A stretch of 64,000 nt of DNA from Rhodobacteraceae bacterium HLUCCA09 (GCA_001314685.1 LJNT01000118.1:2472-66471); one strand, 5' to 3'. Numbered from the stretch's first letter, positions 24,272 through 33,771 are shown. The notes: generated from the sequence alone by a model not told the origin. A program made the numbers and translations.

Positions 24272-24418
24272 GATCTCCGAAATGAATACTTTTCGGGCAT
24301 CCCTGCTCACGCCTTCAGCGCAAGGTGTGCGCAGGCCGTCGGCTCACGCCGCGGCGAATCCCCTGCCGGGAGGACAGGCGGGGCCAGAATATCCAGAGGA
24401 ACCGGGAGGAGACCCAGA

Positions 24419-25372
24419 ATGAACATCCGCAGCATGCTCGCCGCCACCACCGCCGCCGGCATCGCGCTGGCCGGCGCCGCGACCGCGCAGGAGTACACGA
24501 TCGGCATCACGCAGAACAACGTGGGCGTCGACAGCTATCAGACGACCTACGAAAAGGCGTTCATCGCGGCGGCCGAGGCCAACCCCGACGTGCAGGCCGT
24601 GGTACTCGACGCCGGCGGCGACGTCGCCCGCCAGATCGCGCAGATGGAAGACCTGATCCAGCAAGAGGTCGACGCGATCATCATCTGGCCGACGAACGGC
24701 GAGGCGGTGATCCCCGTGGTGCGGCAGGCCTCGCAGGCAGACATCCCGGTGATCGTGACCAATTCGAACATAGCCGAGCAGGGCTTCGACTTCATCGCGT
24801 CGTTCTCCGGGCCCGACAACATCACGCAGGGCTCCCGCTCGGCCGAGATCATGTGCGACAAGTTCAAGGAGCTTGGCATCGAGGACGAGGCGCAGATCGT
24901 GCAGATCTCGGGCCAGCCGGGCTACACCACCGCCATCGAGCGGGCCCAGGGCTTCGAGGAGCGCCTGCCGGAGGTCTGCCCGAATGTCACGCTGGTCGAG
25001 ACCCAGCCGGGCGACTGGAACCGCGAGAAGTCGCAGCAGGTGATGGAAGCCTTCCTCGTCAAGTACGACGACATCGACGGCGTCTATTCGGGCGACGACA
25101 ACATGGGCGTGGGCGCGTTGAACGCCGCCAAGGCCGCGGGCCGCGACGGCATCATCTTCGTCGGCGCGACCAACTTCGCCGTGGGCTACGAGGCGATGGC
25201 GGCGGGCGATTACTGGGGCTCGATCTACCAGTCGCCGGTCGACGATGCCGAGGCCGCGCTCCAGACCGCGATCGACGTGCTGAACGACGAGGAAGTTCCG
25301 TTCCTCAACTACTTCGACACGCCGAAGATCACTCAGGACAACATGGACGAGTTCGAAAAGCCCGTCTTCTGA
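24419..25372 (+). CDS. Sugar/polyol ABC transporter periplasmic binding protein (RbsB-like, type I PBP)
   Basis: 317 aa. Signal peptide MNIRSMLAATTAAGIALAGAATAQE. Type I PBP pattern (IGITQNN..., DAIIIWPTNG, IPVIVTNS). Confidence 0.88.
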   Translation: MNIRSMLAATTAAGIALAGAATAQEYTIGITQNNVGVDSYQTTYEKAFIAAAEANPDVQAVVLDAGGDVARQIAQMEDLIQQEVDAIIIWPTNGEAVIPVVRQASQADIPVIVTNSNIAEQGFDFIASFSGPDNITQGSRSAEIMCDKFKELGIEDEAQIVQISGQPGYTTAIERAQGFEERLPEVCPNVTLVETQPGDWNREKSQQVMEAFLVKYDDIDGVYSGDDNMGVGALNAAKAAGRDGIIFVGATNFAVGYEAMAAGDYWGSIYQSPVDDAEAALQTAIDVLNDEEVPFLNYFDTPKITQDNMDEFEKPVF

Positions 25373-25386
25373 GCGAACCTCCCCTG

Positions 25387-25421
25387 GCGGCTGCGGGGCG
25401 CGCGCCCCGCAGCCGCTCTTT
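25387..25421 (+). terminator. Perfect 30-nt GC palindrome + TCTTT: intra-operon terminator/attenuator after the binding-protein gene
   Basis: GCGGCTGCGGGGCGCGCGCCCCGCAGCCGC at 25387-25416, followed by TCTTT. Sits 15 nt after stop 25372. Confidence 0.6.
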
Positions 25422-25448
25422 ACCCACAGGGTCCGCAGGGAGGACGGC

Positions 25449-26261
25449 ATGGGACGTGTATCGGGGCGTGTCTGCCTCGTGACCGGCGCGGCGCGCGGCA
25501 TCGGGCGGGCCATCGGCGAGGCGCTGCTCGAAGAGGGTGCGCTGGTCTGTTTCGCCGATCTCGACGGTGCGGGCGTGGCCGAAGTGGCCGAGGCCGCCAA
25601 CCGCCGTCTCAACGGCAACGCGGGCAACGCCATGGCGGCGGCGCTCGACGTGCGCGACCGAGCCTCGGTGCGAACCGCCATCGGGCAGGTCGTGGAGCGG
25701 TTCGGCCGGCTTGACGTTAAGTTCAACAATGCCGGCGTCAACCGGCCGATGAACTTCATGGACGTGACCGAGGACAACTGGAATTTCATCATGGGTGTGA
25801 ATGGTCTGGGCTGCCTGATCGGCATGCAGGAGGCCGCGCGCCAGATGATCGCGCAGGGGCGTGGCGAGGGCGGCGTGGCGGGCAAGATCGTCAACACCGC
25901 GTCGATCGCGTCCCGGCAGGGCTTCGACAACGTGGCGCCTTACTGCGCGTCGAAGTGGGCGGTCGTCTCGCTCACGCAGTCGGGTGCACGCGATCTCGCC
26001 CGCCATGGTATCGTGGTGACGGGGTTCGCCCCCGGCGTGGTGGCCACCGAGATGTGGGAGCAGGTCGACCGCGACCTGATGGAGATCGGCGCCGCCGAGC
26101 GCCCCGGCCAGGCGATGGAGGAGTTCGCCGCGGACATCCTGAAGGGGCGGGTGGCCACGCCAGACGACATCACGGGCACGACAACGTTCCTGGCCAGCAG
26201 GGACAGCGACTACATGACGGGGCAGATCGTGATGATCGACGGGGGCATGACCCTCGTCTGA
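25449..26261 (+). CDS. SDR-family oxidoreductase, BudC/sorbitol dehydrogenase-like (paralog of 21535-22341)
   Basis: 270 aa. VTGAARGIG, S...YCASK, FLASRDSDYMTGQIVMIDGG. Confidence 0.85.
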   Translation: MGRVSGRVCLVTGAARGIGRAIGEALLEEGALVCFADLDGAGVAEVAEAANRRLNGNAGNAMAAALDVRDRASVRTAIGQVVERFGRLDVKFNNAGVNRPMNFMDVTEDNWNFIMGVNGLGCLIGMQEAARQMIAQGRGEGGVAGKIVNTASIASRQGFDNVAPYCASKWAVVSLTQSGARDLARHGIVVTGFAPGVVATEMWEQVDRDLMEIGAAERPGQAMEEFAADILKGRVATPDDITGTTTFLASRDSDYMTGQIVMIDGGMTLV

Positions 26262-26309
26262 CGCGCCTGCCCGCCATTCGCCCAAGACGGGCACGGGAGG
26301 AGTTGAGCC

Positions 26310-27320
26310 ATGAGCGAGGCTGCGCAGGAAAGGTCTGCCCGCAATGCGGGGGGATCAAGCGGTGCGAAGGTGGGCACCTTCCTGGCGAAGCAGGGCATCC
26401 TGATCGCCTTCGTCCTGTTCATGGTCAGCTTCGCGCTGGCCAGCGAGCGGTTTCTCGACCCCGACAACATCCTCGGCGTGATCCGCTCCTCGGCGATCCT
26501 GGGCGTGATGGCGCTGGGCGTCACATTCGTGGTCATCAGCGGCAACCTCGACCTGTCGGTGGGCTCGCTGATGAGCTTTTCGACCATCGTGGTCCTCGAT
26601 CTGCACGATACGCTGGGGCCGGCGCTGGCCATCCTGGCGATGTTCGGCATGACGCTGGCGATCGGGGCGGTGATCGGGTTTCTCGTGGGATACCTGCGGC
26701 TGAACTCGCTGATCGTGACCCTGGGGATGCTCTCGGCCATCCACGGGCTGACGCTGACCTGGTCCGGCGGGCAGAACATGGATATCGCCGACAAGGCGGG
26801 CACATGGTTCGCGGTGTTCGGGCAGGGCAGGGCGCTGGGCATTCCGATGCCCATCCTCATGTTCGCGCTGCTCGCCGCGGTGCTGGGCATCGTGCTGGCC
26901 AAGACGCCTTTCGGGCGCAAGGTCTACGCGGTGGGGGGCAACGGGACGGCCGCCACCTTCTCGGGCATCCGGCGGGCGCGGACGGTGTTCACCTGCTACC
27001 TGATCTCGGCCTTCTGCGTGGCGACCGCCGGGCTGATCCAGGCGAGCCGGTCGATGGGCTCGCAGAACACGGTGGGCCAGGGGATGGAGCTCGAGGTTCT
27101 GGCTGCTGTCATCCTTGGCGGCGCATCGCTTATGGGCGGGTCGGGGACGATCTTCAAGACCGTCATCGGCGTGCTGATCCTCGGCTTCATCCAGAACGGG
27201 CTGCTGCTGATCGGGCTGCAATTCTACGTCCAGTTCGTGGTGACGTGGATCATCATCATCCTGGCGGTCTGGCTGGACATCGCGGCGAAGCGCGGCCGGC
27301 TGCTGTCGCCGATCGCTTGA
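26310..27320 (+). CDS. ABC transporter permease (RbsC/CUT2-type)
   Basis: 336-aa polytopic ORF. ISGNLDLSVGS motif typical of ribose-type permeases. Confidence 0.88.
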   Translation: MSEAAQERSARNAGGSSGAKVGTFLAKQGILIAFVLFMVSFALASERFLDPDNILGVIRSSAILGVMALGVTFVVISGNLDLSVGSLMSFSTIVVLDLHDTLGPALAILAMFGMTLAIGAVIGFLVGYLRLNSLIVTLGMLSAIHGLTLTWSGGQNMDIADKAGTWFAVFGQGRALGIPMPILMFALLAAVLGIVLAKTPFGRKVYAVGGNGTAATFSGIRRARTVFTCYLISAFCVATAGLIQASRSMGSQNTVGQGMELEVLAAVILGGASLMGGSGTIFKTVIGVLILGFIQNGLLLIGLQFYVQFVVTWIIIILAVWLDIAAKRGRLLSPIA

Positions 27321-27332
27321 GGAGGACGGACC

Positions 27333-28337
27333 GTGATGGCACCGGGCACATGGAGCACTTTCCTGCGCAGGGGGGCGATCTGGGCCTTCATCGCGCTCGA
27401 GCTCGCCTTCTTCTCGATCGCCGGAGAGTTCCTGTCGGTCTCCGACAAGGCGTTCATGAACTGGGACAACATGCTGCTTCTGCTGAAGCAGTCCGCGCCC
27501 CTGGGGATCATCGCCATGGGCATGACCCTGATCATGGTGAACGGAAACATCGATCTGTCGGTCGGCGCCATCTTCGCGCTGGCCGCCGTGATCCTGCTCG
27601 ACAGCATGACGTGGCCCTTCATGGCGGCGATGGGCGACTGGTCGTTCCTGCTGGCGTGGGTGTTCGCGCTGCTGGCGGGCGTGGCGCTGGGGGCGCTCAA
27701 CGGCTTCCTCGTTTGGAAGACGGGGGTCGACGCCTTCATCATCACGCTGGGGGCGATGCTGGGCTTTCGCGGCCTTGTCTTCATGTACAACGGCGAGAAC
27801 CCGACGAGCCACCTGAACTGGACGCTGGTCGACTTTGCCGAGGCGCAGTTCCTCGGCCTGCACACCGCGACGTGGTTCCTGCTGGTCGTCACGGCGGGGA
27901 TGTGGTGGCTGATGAACCGCACCGTGCACGGGCGGAACGCCTACGCCATCGGCGACAACCGCGAGGCGGCGGTGAACGCCGGCATCCGGGTGGGGCCGCA
28001 CATGATGATCAACTTCATGATCATCGGCTTCCTCGCCGCGCTCTCGGCGGTGGTGTTCTATTCCGAGAGCGGGTCGGTGAACCCCAATGACGGGATGCTC
28101 TACGAGCTGTGGATCATCACCGCGGTCGTTCTGGGCGGGACCAAGCTGACGGGCGGATCGGGCTCGATCATCTCCACCCTCGGCGGGGTGCTGGCGATCC
28201 AGATTCTGCGCCGCGGGCTCAACCATATCGGGGCCGACACGTCGACGGTGAACCTGGTGATCGGACTCATCCTGATCGCGGTTCTGTTCCTCGACCGCCA
28301 GCTCAACGTGAAGGGCAAGGAGGCCCTGAGGATATGA
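27333..28337 (+). CDS. ABC transporter permease (RbsC/CUT2-type), second copy
   Basis: 334 aa. VNGNIDLSVGA motif. GTG 27333 or ATG 27336 as start. Confidence 0.88.
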   Translation: MMAPGTWSTFLRRGAIWAFIALELAFFSIAGEFLSVSDKAFMNWDNMLLLLKQSAPLGIIAMGMTLIMVNGNIDLSVGAIFALAAVILLDSMTWPFMAAMGDWSFLLAWVFALLAGVALGALNGFLVWKTGVDAFIITLGAMLGFRGLVFMYNGENPTSHLNWTLVDFAEAQFLGLHTATWFLLVVTAGMWWLMNRTVHGRNAYAIGDNREAAVNAGIRVGPHMMINFMIIGFLAALSAVVFYSESGSVNPNDGMLYELWIITAVVLGGTKLTGGSGSIISTLGGVLAIQILRRGLNHIGADTSTVNLVIGLILIAVLFLDRQLNVKGKEALRI

Positions 28338-29848
28338 CCAGGCCGGCGCTGAGACTGGAGAACATCGTCAAGACCTTTCCGGGCGTTCGGGCGCTCGACG
28401 GCGTGTCGTTCGAGGTGCTGCCGGGCGAGGTTCACGCCCTGATGGGCGAGAACGGGGCCGGCAAGAGCACGCTGATGAAGGTGCTCGGCGGCATCCACCA
28501 GCCCAACGAGGGGCGCATCCTCGTGGGCGAGGAGCCGGCGGTGATGGCAAACCCGCTGGAGGCGAAGGCCAAGGGCATCGTGTTCATCCACCAGGAGCTG
28601 AGCCTCGCCGAGGAACTGAGCGTGGCCGAGAACATCTATCTCGGCGAGCTGCCGCGAAAGAGTTTCGGGCGGGTGGACTGGGCGACGCTCTACGCCCGCA
28701 CCGACGAGATCCTGAAGAAGCTGAAGGTGGGCTTCGACGCCCGCACCATGGTGGGCACGCTCTCCATCGCCAACCAGCAGATGGTCGAGATCGCCCGCGC
28801 GCTGACGGTCGACGCCAAGGCGGTGATCTTCGACGAGCCGACCGCCTCGCTGACGGATTCAGAGAAGGTGGTGCTGTTCGAGGTGATCGACGATCTCAAG
28901 AAAGACGGGGTGGGGATCATCTACATCTCGCACCGGATGGAGGAGATCTTCAAGATCACCGACCGGATCAGCGTGCTGCGCGATGGCGAGTACCGGGGCA
29001 CGCTGGTGACGAAGGAGACGACCGAGGACGACGTCACGCAGCTGATGATCGGCCGGTCGCTCGACCTGTCGCGCAATCACGAGCACGCGGAGGTGGGCGA
29101 CGTGGCGCTCGAGGTGCGGGGCCTCTCGTGCGGCGACCTCTATCGCGACATCTCGTTCGAGATCCGGCGCGGCGAGGTGGTGGGCTTCTACGGCCTCGTG
29201 GGCGCCGGGCGCACCGAGATCGCCGAGACGCTGTTCGGCCTGCGGGCGCCGTCGGCCGGGCAGATCCTGCTCGACGGCGAAGAGGTGCACCTGGGCTCGC
29301 CGGTCGACGCCATCGCGCGGGGGATTTCGCTGGTGCCGGAGGATCGCAAGGGGCAGGGCCTCGTGCTCGGCATGAACTGCCGGGACAACATGACCCTGCC
29401 GCAGGTGGGCGACCTGACCGCCGGCCCCTTTGTCTCGGACGGGGCCGAGATCGCGATCTTCGACCAGTACCGCGACAAGCTCGACATCCGCACGCCGGGG
29501 TGGCGGCAGACAGTAGGCAATCTGTCGGGCGGCAACCAGCAGAAGATCGTGATCGGCAAGTGGCTGTCGATGCACCCCACGCTCCTGATCGTGGACGAGC
29601 CGACGCGGGGGATCGACGTCGGCAGCAAGTCGGAGATTCACAAGCTGATCCGGCAACTGGCGAGCCAGGGCTACGCGGTGATGGTCATCTCTTCGGAGAT
29701 GCCCGAGGTGCTGCACGTGTCCGACCGGATCGTGGCGATGTATCACGGCGAACTCATCCGCACGTTCACCTCCGACGAGGTGACCGAGGACAGCCTGATC
29801 CAGGCGATCTCGGGCATCCGCACCGATGGCGGCGACAAGGCCGCGTGA
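28334..29848 (+). CDS. Sugar ABC transporter ATP-binding protein with duplicated NBD (RbsA-like)
   Basis: 504 aa from MTRPALRLENIVKTFPG. Walker A GENGAGKST and GLVGAGRTE. Signatures LSIANQQ and LSGGNQQK. ATGA overlap with the permease gene. Confidence 0.9.
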   Translation: MTRPALRLENIVKTFPGVRALDGVSFEVLPGEVHALMGENGAGKSTLMKVLGGIHQPNEGRILVGEEPAVMANPLEAKAKGIVFIHQELSLAEELSVAENIYLGELPRKSFGRVDWATLYARTDEILKKLKVGFDARTMVGTLSIANQQMVEIARALTVDAKAVIFDEPTASLTDSEKVVLFEVIDDLKKDGVGIIYISHRMEEIFKITDRISVLRDGEYRGTLVTKETTEDDVTQLMIGRSLDLSRNHEHAEVGDVALEVRGLSCGDLYRDISFEIRRGEVVGFYGLVGAGRTEIAETLFGLRAPSAGQILLDGEEVHLGSPVDAIARGISLVPEDRKGQGLVLGMNCRDNMTLPQVGDLTAGPFVSDGAEIAIFDQYRDKLDIRTPGWRQTVGNLSGGNQQKIVIGKWLSMHPTLLIVDEPTRGIDVGSKSEIHKLIRQLASQGYAVMVISSEMPEVLHVSDRIVAMYHGELIRTFTSDEVTEDSLIQAISGIRTDGGDKAA

Positions 29849-29861
29849 GGGGCGCCGATTG

Positions 29862-30731
29862 ATGCGGGTCGCTGTCGTCGGACTGGGGCGCATGGGCGCG
29901 CCCATGGCATGCAACCTCGCGCGGGCAGGGCACGACGTGGTGCTGTGGAATCGCACGCGCACCAAGACCGAAGCGCTGGCGGCAGAGATCGGCGCCCGGG
30001 TGGTCGAGACGCCCCGGGCGGCGGCGGCGGGCGCCAATGCGGTGGTGACGATGCTGGCCGACGATCCGTCGTCGGAGGCGGTGCATCGGGGGCCGGACGG
30101 CCTGTTTGCCGCCGGCGGGCCGCGCGTGCTGCTCGAGATGGGCACGATGAGCCCCGACCACATCCGCGCGCTAGCCGCCGAGGCGCCCGAGGGTGTGACG
30201 GTGATCGACGCGCCCGTGTCAGGGGCGACGCAGGCGGCGGCCGACGCGCAGCTGCTGATCATGGCGGGCTGCACCGATGACGGAGCGGCGCCGGTCCGGC
30301 CGCTCCTCGACGCGATCGGGCGCAAGACGATCTGCCTCGGCGCGGTGGGGGCGGGCGCGATCATGAAGCTCGCCGTCAATTCGCTGATCCACGGGATCAA
30401 TCAGACGCTGGCCGAGGCCGTCACTCTGGCCGAGGCGGCGGGCATCCCGCGGGCGGCGGCATTCGACGTGATCGGGGCCAGCGCGGCGGCGGCGCCGATG
30501 ATCGGCTACCGCAGGCCGCTCTACCTCGACGAGGCGGCGCATGACGTCACCTTCACGGTGGCGCTGGCAAAGAAGGACATGCGCGTCACGGCAGAATTGG
30601 CCGAGGCCCTGGGCACGGCGATGCCGCAGGGGCGCGTGACGCTGGAAATTCTGGAAGAGGCCGAGCGCGCGGGCTTCGGCGCGCGCGACATGGCCTCGAT
30701 CCTGTCGTTCATGGGGGAGAAGGCACGATGA
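29862..30731 (+). CDS. Beta-hydroxyacid dehydrogenase family oxidoreductase (3-hydroxyisobutyrate/tartronate-semialdehyde reductase-like)
   Basis: 289 aa from MRVAVVGLGRMGAPMACNLARAGH. DAPVSGA and GAGAIMKLAVN blocks. Confidence 0.85.
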   Translation: MRVAVVGLGRMGAPMACNLARAGHDVVLWNRTRTKTEALAAEIGARVVETPRAAAAGANAVVTMLADDPSSEAVHRGPDGLFAAGGPRVLLEMGTMSPDHIRALAAEAPEGVTVIDAPVSGATQAAADAQLLIMAGCTDDGAAPVRPLLDAIGRKTICLGAVGAGAIMKLAVNSLIHGINQTLAEAVTLAEAAGIPRAAAFDVIGASAAAAPMIGYRRPLYLDEAAHDVTFTVALAKKDMRVTAELAEALGTAMPQGRVTLEILEEAERAGFGARDMASILSFMGEKAR

Positions 30732-31441
30732 AGGCGGCGTTGTTCGTCGGCGGGTGGGAGGGCCACGCGCCCACCGACTTCGCCGACTGGTGCGGGGGGC
30801 TGCTCGCGGAGAACGGCTTCGAGGTCGACGTGCACGACACACTGGCGCCGCTGGCCGAGCCCGAGGGGATGCGGGACGTCGACCTGATCGTGCCGATCTG
30901 GTCGTCGGCGCGCTCGGCCCACCGCCCCGAATTCGGCACCATGACGAAGGACGAGGAAGACGGGCTGCTCGAGTCGGTGGGCAAGGGCTGCGGGCTGGCC
31001 GGCTGGCACGGGCACATGGGTGACGCCTTCCGCGACCGGCCGACCTACCACTTCCTGATCGGCGGGCAATTCGTGGCGCACCCGCCGGGCTGGCCCGACA
31101 ACCCCGTGCCGTCGGACGATTTCGTCGATTACGACGTGACGATCTGCAAGCCGCACCACCCGCTGGTGGAGGGCATCGGCAGCTTCCGCCTCCATTCCGA
31201 GCAGTATTACATGCTGGTCGATCCTTCGAACGAGGTGCTGGCCACCACGACCTTCTCGGGCGAGCATCTGTGGTGGATCGAGGGCACGGTGATGCCCGTG
31301 GTCTGGACGCGGCGCTGGGATCGCGGCCGCGTCTTCTACTGCTCGATCGGGCACACGCTCGACGACCTCAAGGTGCCGCAGGTGACCGAGATGATCCGGC
31401 GCGGCGCGCTCTGGGCCGCGCACGGCGCCAATCGGGCCTGA
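30728..31441 (+). CDS. ThuA-domain protein
   Basis: 237 aa. MKAALFVGGWEGH...GLAGWHG...FVAHPPG...VFYCSIGH pattern of the ThuA family. ATGA overlap with the previous gene. Confidence 0.75.
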   Translation: MKAALFVGGWEGHAPTDFADWCGGLLAENGFEVDVHDTLAPLAEPEGMRDVDLIVPIWSSARSAHRPEFGTMTKDEEDGLLESVGKGCGLAGWHGHMGDAFRDRPTYHFLIGGQFVAHPPGWPDNPVPSDDFVDYDVTICKPHHPLVEGIGSFRLHSEQYYMLVDPSNEVLATTTFSGEHLWWIEGTVMPVVWTRRWDRGRVFYCSIGHTLDDLKVPQVTEMIRRGALWAAHGANRA

Positions 31442-31692
31442 TCCGCCCGCATGGCGGAACGACGGCTCCCTTGCTTCGTGACGAGGCGCCAAAACGCGCG
31501 GTCGTTCACCGTGGTCACGGGGCCTGCGCGCCCCTCGCCCACGACAGTGCGGGGCGCGCGCACGCGGGCAGGCGCGTTCAAGCGCGCCGGCGACCCGGGG
31601 GGCGCGCATCCGCTCGAGTCGCGCCGTGCCGGCAGGGCCGGCTGACGACACCGGCGCGAGAAAGTGTCGCGCCCATCGGCGCCGCCCGGTCG

Positions 31693-33771
31693 CTAGTCCT
31701 CCGCCTCTGCGATGGCGGCGAGGAAGGCAGCGCCGAAGCGCTCGACCTTCATCTCCCCCATGCCGGGAATCCGGGCGAGGTCCGCCTCCGTCGAGGGGCG
31801 CCGCTCGGCGATCTGGCGCAGCGTCGAGTGGGTGCAGGAGAGATGCTTTCCCGTCCCGTCCTCGCCGCGGGCGAGCCGCAGCTGGATCGCGTGCAGCCGG
31901 TCGAAGAGCGGGCCCGCGTCGGAGCCCGCCAGCCTGCGGCGCGAGGGATGCACCTCGGGCGGGGGGGCGCCCGCGATCACCGCGAGAAAGGCTGCGCCGT
32001 AGCGCTCCAGCTTGGTCGCGCCGACGCCCGAGATGCCGGCCATCGCGTCGAGCGAGGCCGGGCGGCGCTCGGCCATCTCGATCAGCGTCCTGTCGTTGAA
32101 GACGACGTAGGGCGGCACCCCCTGCGCCTCGGCCAGCGCCCGCCGCTTCGCCTTGAGCGCCGAGAGCAGCGGCGCGTCCTCGTCCGACACCAGCGCCTTG
32201 GGCTGCGGCCGCGCCCGCTCGCGCGCCAGCGCGTCGCGGCGCAGCGTGATCGCCTGCTCGCCGCGCAGGATGGGGCGGGCGGCCTCGGTCATCCGCAGGG
32301 CGCCGTGGCGCTCGGGATCGGGACGCACGAGGTCGTGCCCCATCATCTGGCGAAAGATCGCCTGCCACTGGCGCTTGTCCCACTCGCGCCCGACGCCGAA
32401 GGTGGGCAGCCCGTCATGCCCCCGCTGGCGCACCTTGTCGGTGAGGCTGCCGGTCAGGATGTCGATCAGGTGCCCCACGCCGAAGCTCTCGCCGGTGCGC
32501 AGCGCGGCAGACAGCGCCATCCGCACCGGCGTCGTGCCGTCGAACGTGTCGGGCGGGCGGTCGCACAGATCGCAGTTGCCACAGGGCTCTGCCATCGCCT
32601 CGCCAAAATAGGCCAGGAGCTGGCGGCGGCGGCAGCCCATCGCCTCGGCCAGCCCAAGCAGCGCGTTGAGCCGCCCGTGATCGGCCGCCTTGCGCTCGGA
32701 GGGCGCGAGGCCCTCGTCGATCTGCGCGCGGCGCAGGCGGATATCCTCGGGGCCGTAGAGCGTGAGGGTCTCGGCCGGCGCCCCGTCGCGGCCGCCGCGG
32801 CCGATCTCCTGGTAATAGGCCTCGATCGACTTGGGCAGGTCGGCATGGGCGACCCAGCGGATGTCGGGCTTGTCGACGCCCATCCCGAAGGCGACCGTGG
32901 CCACCACGATCAGCCCGTCCTCGCGCTGGAATGCCGCCTCGACATTGCGCCGCGCGTCGGCCTCCATCCCGCCGTGGTAGCTGAGCGCGGCGTGCCCCGC
33001 CTCGCGCAGCCCCTGCGCCAGCGCCTCGGTGCGCGCCCGCGTGCCACAATAGACGATGCCCGAGCGGCCCTTGCGCGCATCGGCGAAGCGCAGGATCTGG
33101 GCGCGAGGGCTGTCCTTGGGCTGGAAGGCGAGGTGGATGTTGGGCCGGTCGAAGCCGCGCAGGAAGATGCGCGGCGCGCGGCCGGCGAAGAGGCGCGCGA
33201 CGATCTCGTCGCGCGTCTCGGCGTCGGCGGTGGCGGTGAAGGCGGCGAGCGGCACGCCGAGCGCCTGCCGGAGCGTGCCGATCCGCAGGTAGTCGGGGCG
33301 GAAGTCATGGCCCCACTGGCTGACGCAATGCGCCTCGTCGACCGCGATCAGCCGCACGCCGGCCCGGGCCAGCACCCTGTCCATCGCGCCCGTGGCGAGG
33401 CGCTCGGGCGCGAGGTAGAGCAGCTTGAGGCGCCCCGCGTCGAGGTCGCGCCACACGGCGTCGGTCTCGTCCTCGGTATTGCCCGAGGTCAGCGCGCCGG
33501 CGGCCACGCCGGCCTCGCGCAGGGCCCGCACCTGGTCGCGCATCAGCGCGATGAGCGGCGAGACGACCAGCGTCACGCCCTCGCGGCAGATCGCAGGCAA
33601 CTGGTAGCAGAGCGACTTTCCGCCACCCGTGGGCATGATGGCGAGCGTGTCTTCCCCGCGCAGCACGGTCTCGACGATCTCCTCCTGGCCGGGGCGGAAG
33701 CTGCCGAAGCCGAAGACCGAGCGCAGAGCCTCGCGCGGGTCGAGCGCCCTCTCTGCCGGCTCGTCGCGCAC
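31693..33771 (-). CDS. recQ: ATP-dependent DNA helicase RecQ with two C-terminal HRDC domains
   Basis: 692 aa. PTGGGKSLCYQLP, DEAH box AVDEAHCVSQWGHDF, zinc motif CGNCDLC. Two HRDC-like repeats ending GVGATKLERYGAAFLAVI and GMGEMKVERFGAAFLAAI. Confidence 0.92.
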   Translation of the reverse strand: MRDEPAERALDPREALRSVFGFGSFRPGQEEIVETVLRGEDTLAIMPTGGGKSLCYQLPAICREGVTLVVSPLIALMRDQVRALREAGVAAGALTSGNTEDETDAVWRDLDAGRLKLLYLAPERLATGAMDRVLARAGVRLIAVDEAHCVSQWGHDFRPDYLRIGTLRQALGVPLAAFTATADAETRDEIVARLFAGRAPRIFLRGFDRPNIHLAFQPKDSPRAQILRFADARKGRSGIVYCGTRARTEALAQGLREAGHAALSYHGGMEADARRNVEAAFQREDGLIVVATVAFGMGVDKPDIRWVAHADLPKSIEAYYQEIGRGGRDGAPAETLTLYGPEDIRLRRAQIDEGLAPSERKAADHGRLNALLGLAEAMGCRRRQLLAYFGEAMAEPCGNCDLCDRPPDTFDGTTPVRMALSAALRTGESFGVGHLIDILTGSLTDKVRQRGHDGLPTFGVGREWDKRQWQAIFRQMMGHDLVRPDPERHGALRMTEAARPILRGEQAITLRRDALARERARPQPKALVSDEDAPLLSALKAKRRALAEAQGVPPYVVFNDRTLIEMAERRPASLDAMAGISGVGATKLERYGAAFLAVIAGAPPPEVHPSRRRLAGSDAGPLFDRLHAIQLRLARGEDGTGKHLSCTHSTLRQIAERRPSTEADLARIPGMGEMKVERFGAAFLAAIAEAED

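Noticed and set aside
15125-24300. N-terminal extensions of track ORFs 15125-17560, 17942-19177, 18937-21237, 20118-21509 and 21535-24300
   Set aside because: The extensions run through the upstream genes in other frames and are Arg/Pro/Gly-rich. Internal ATGs preceded by RBS-like sequences give products whose N-termini match their families, so those starts were used.
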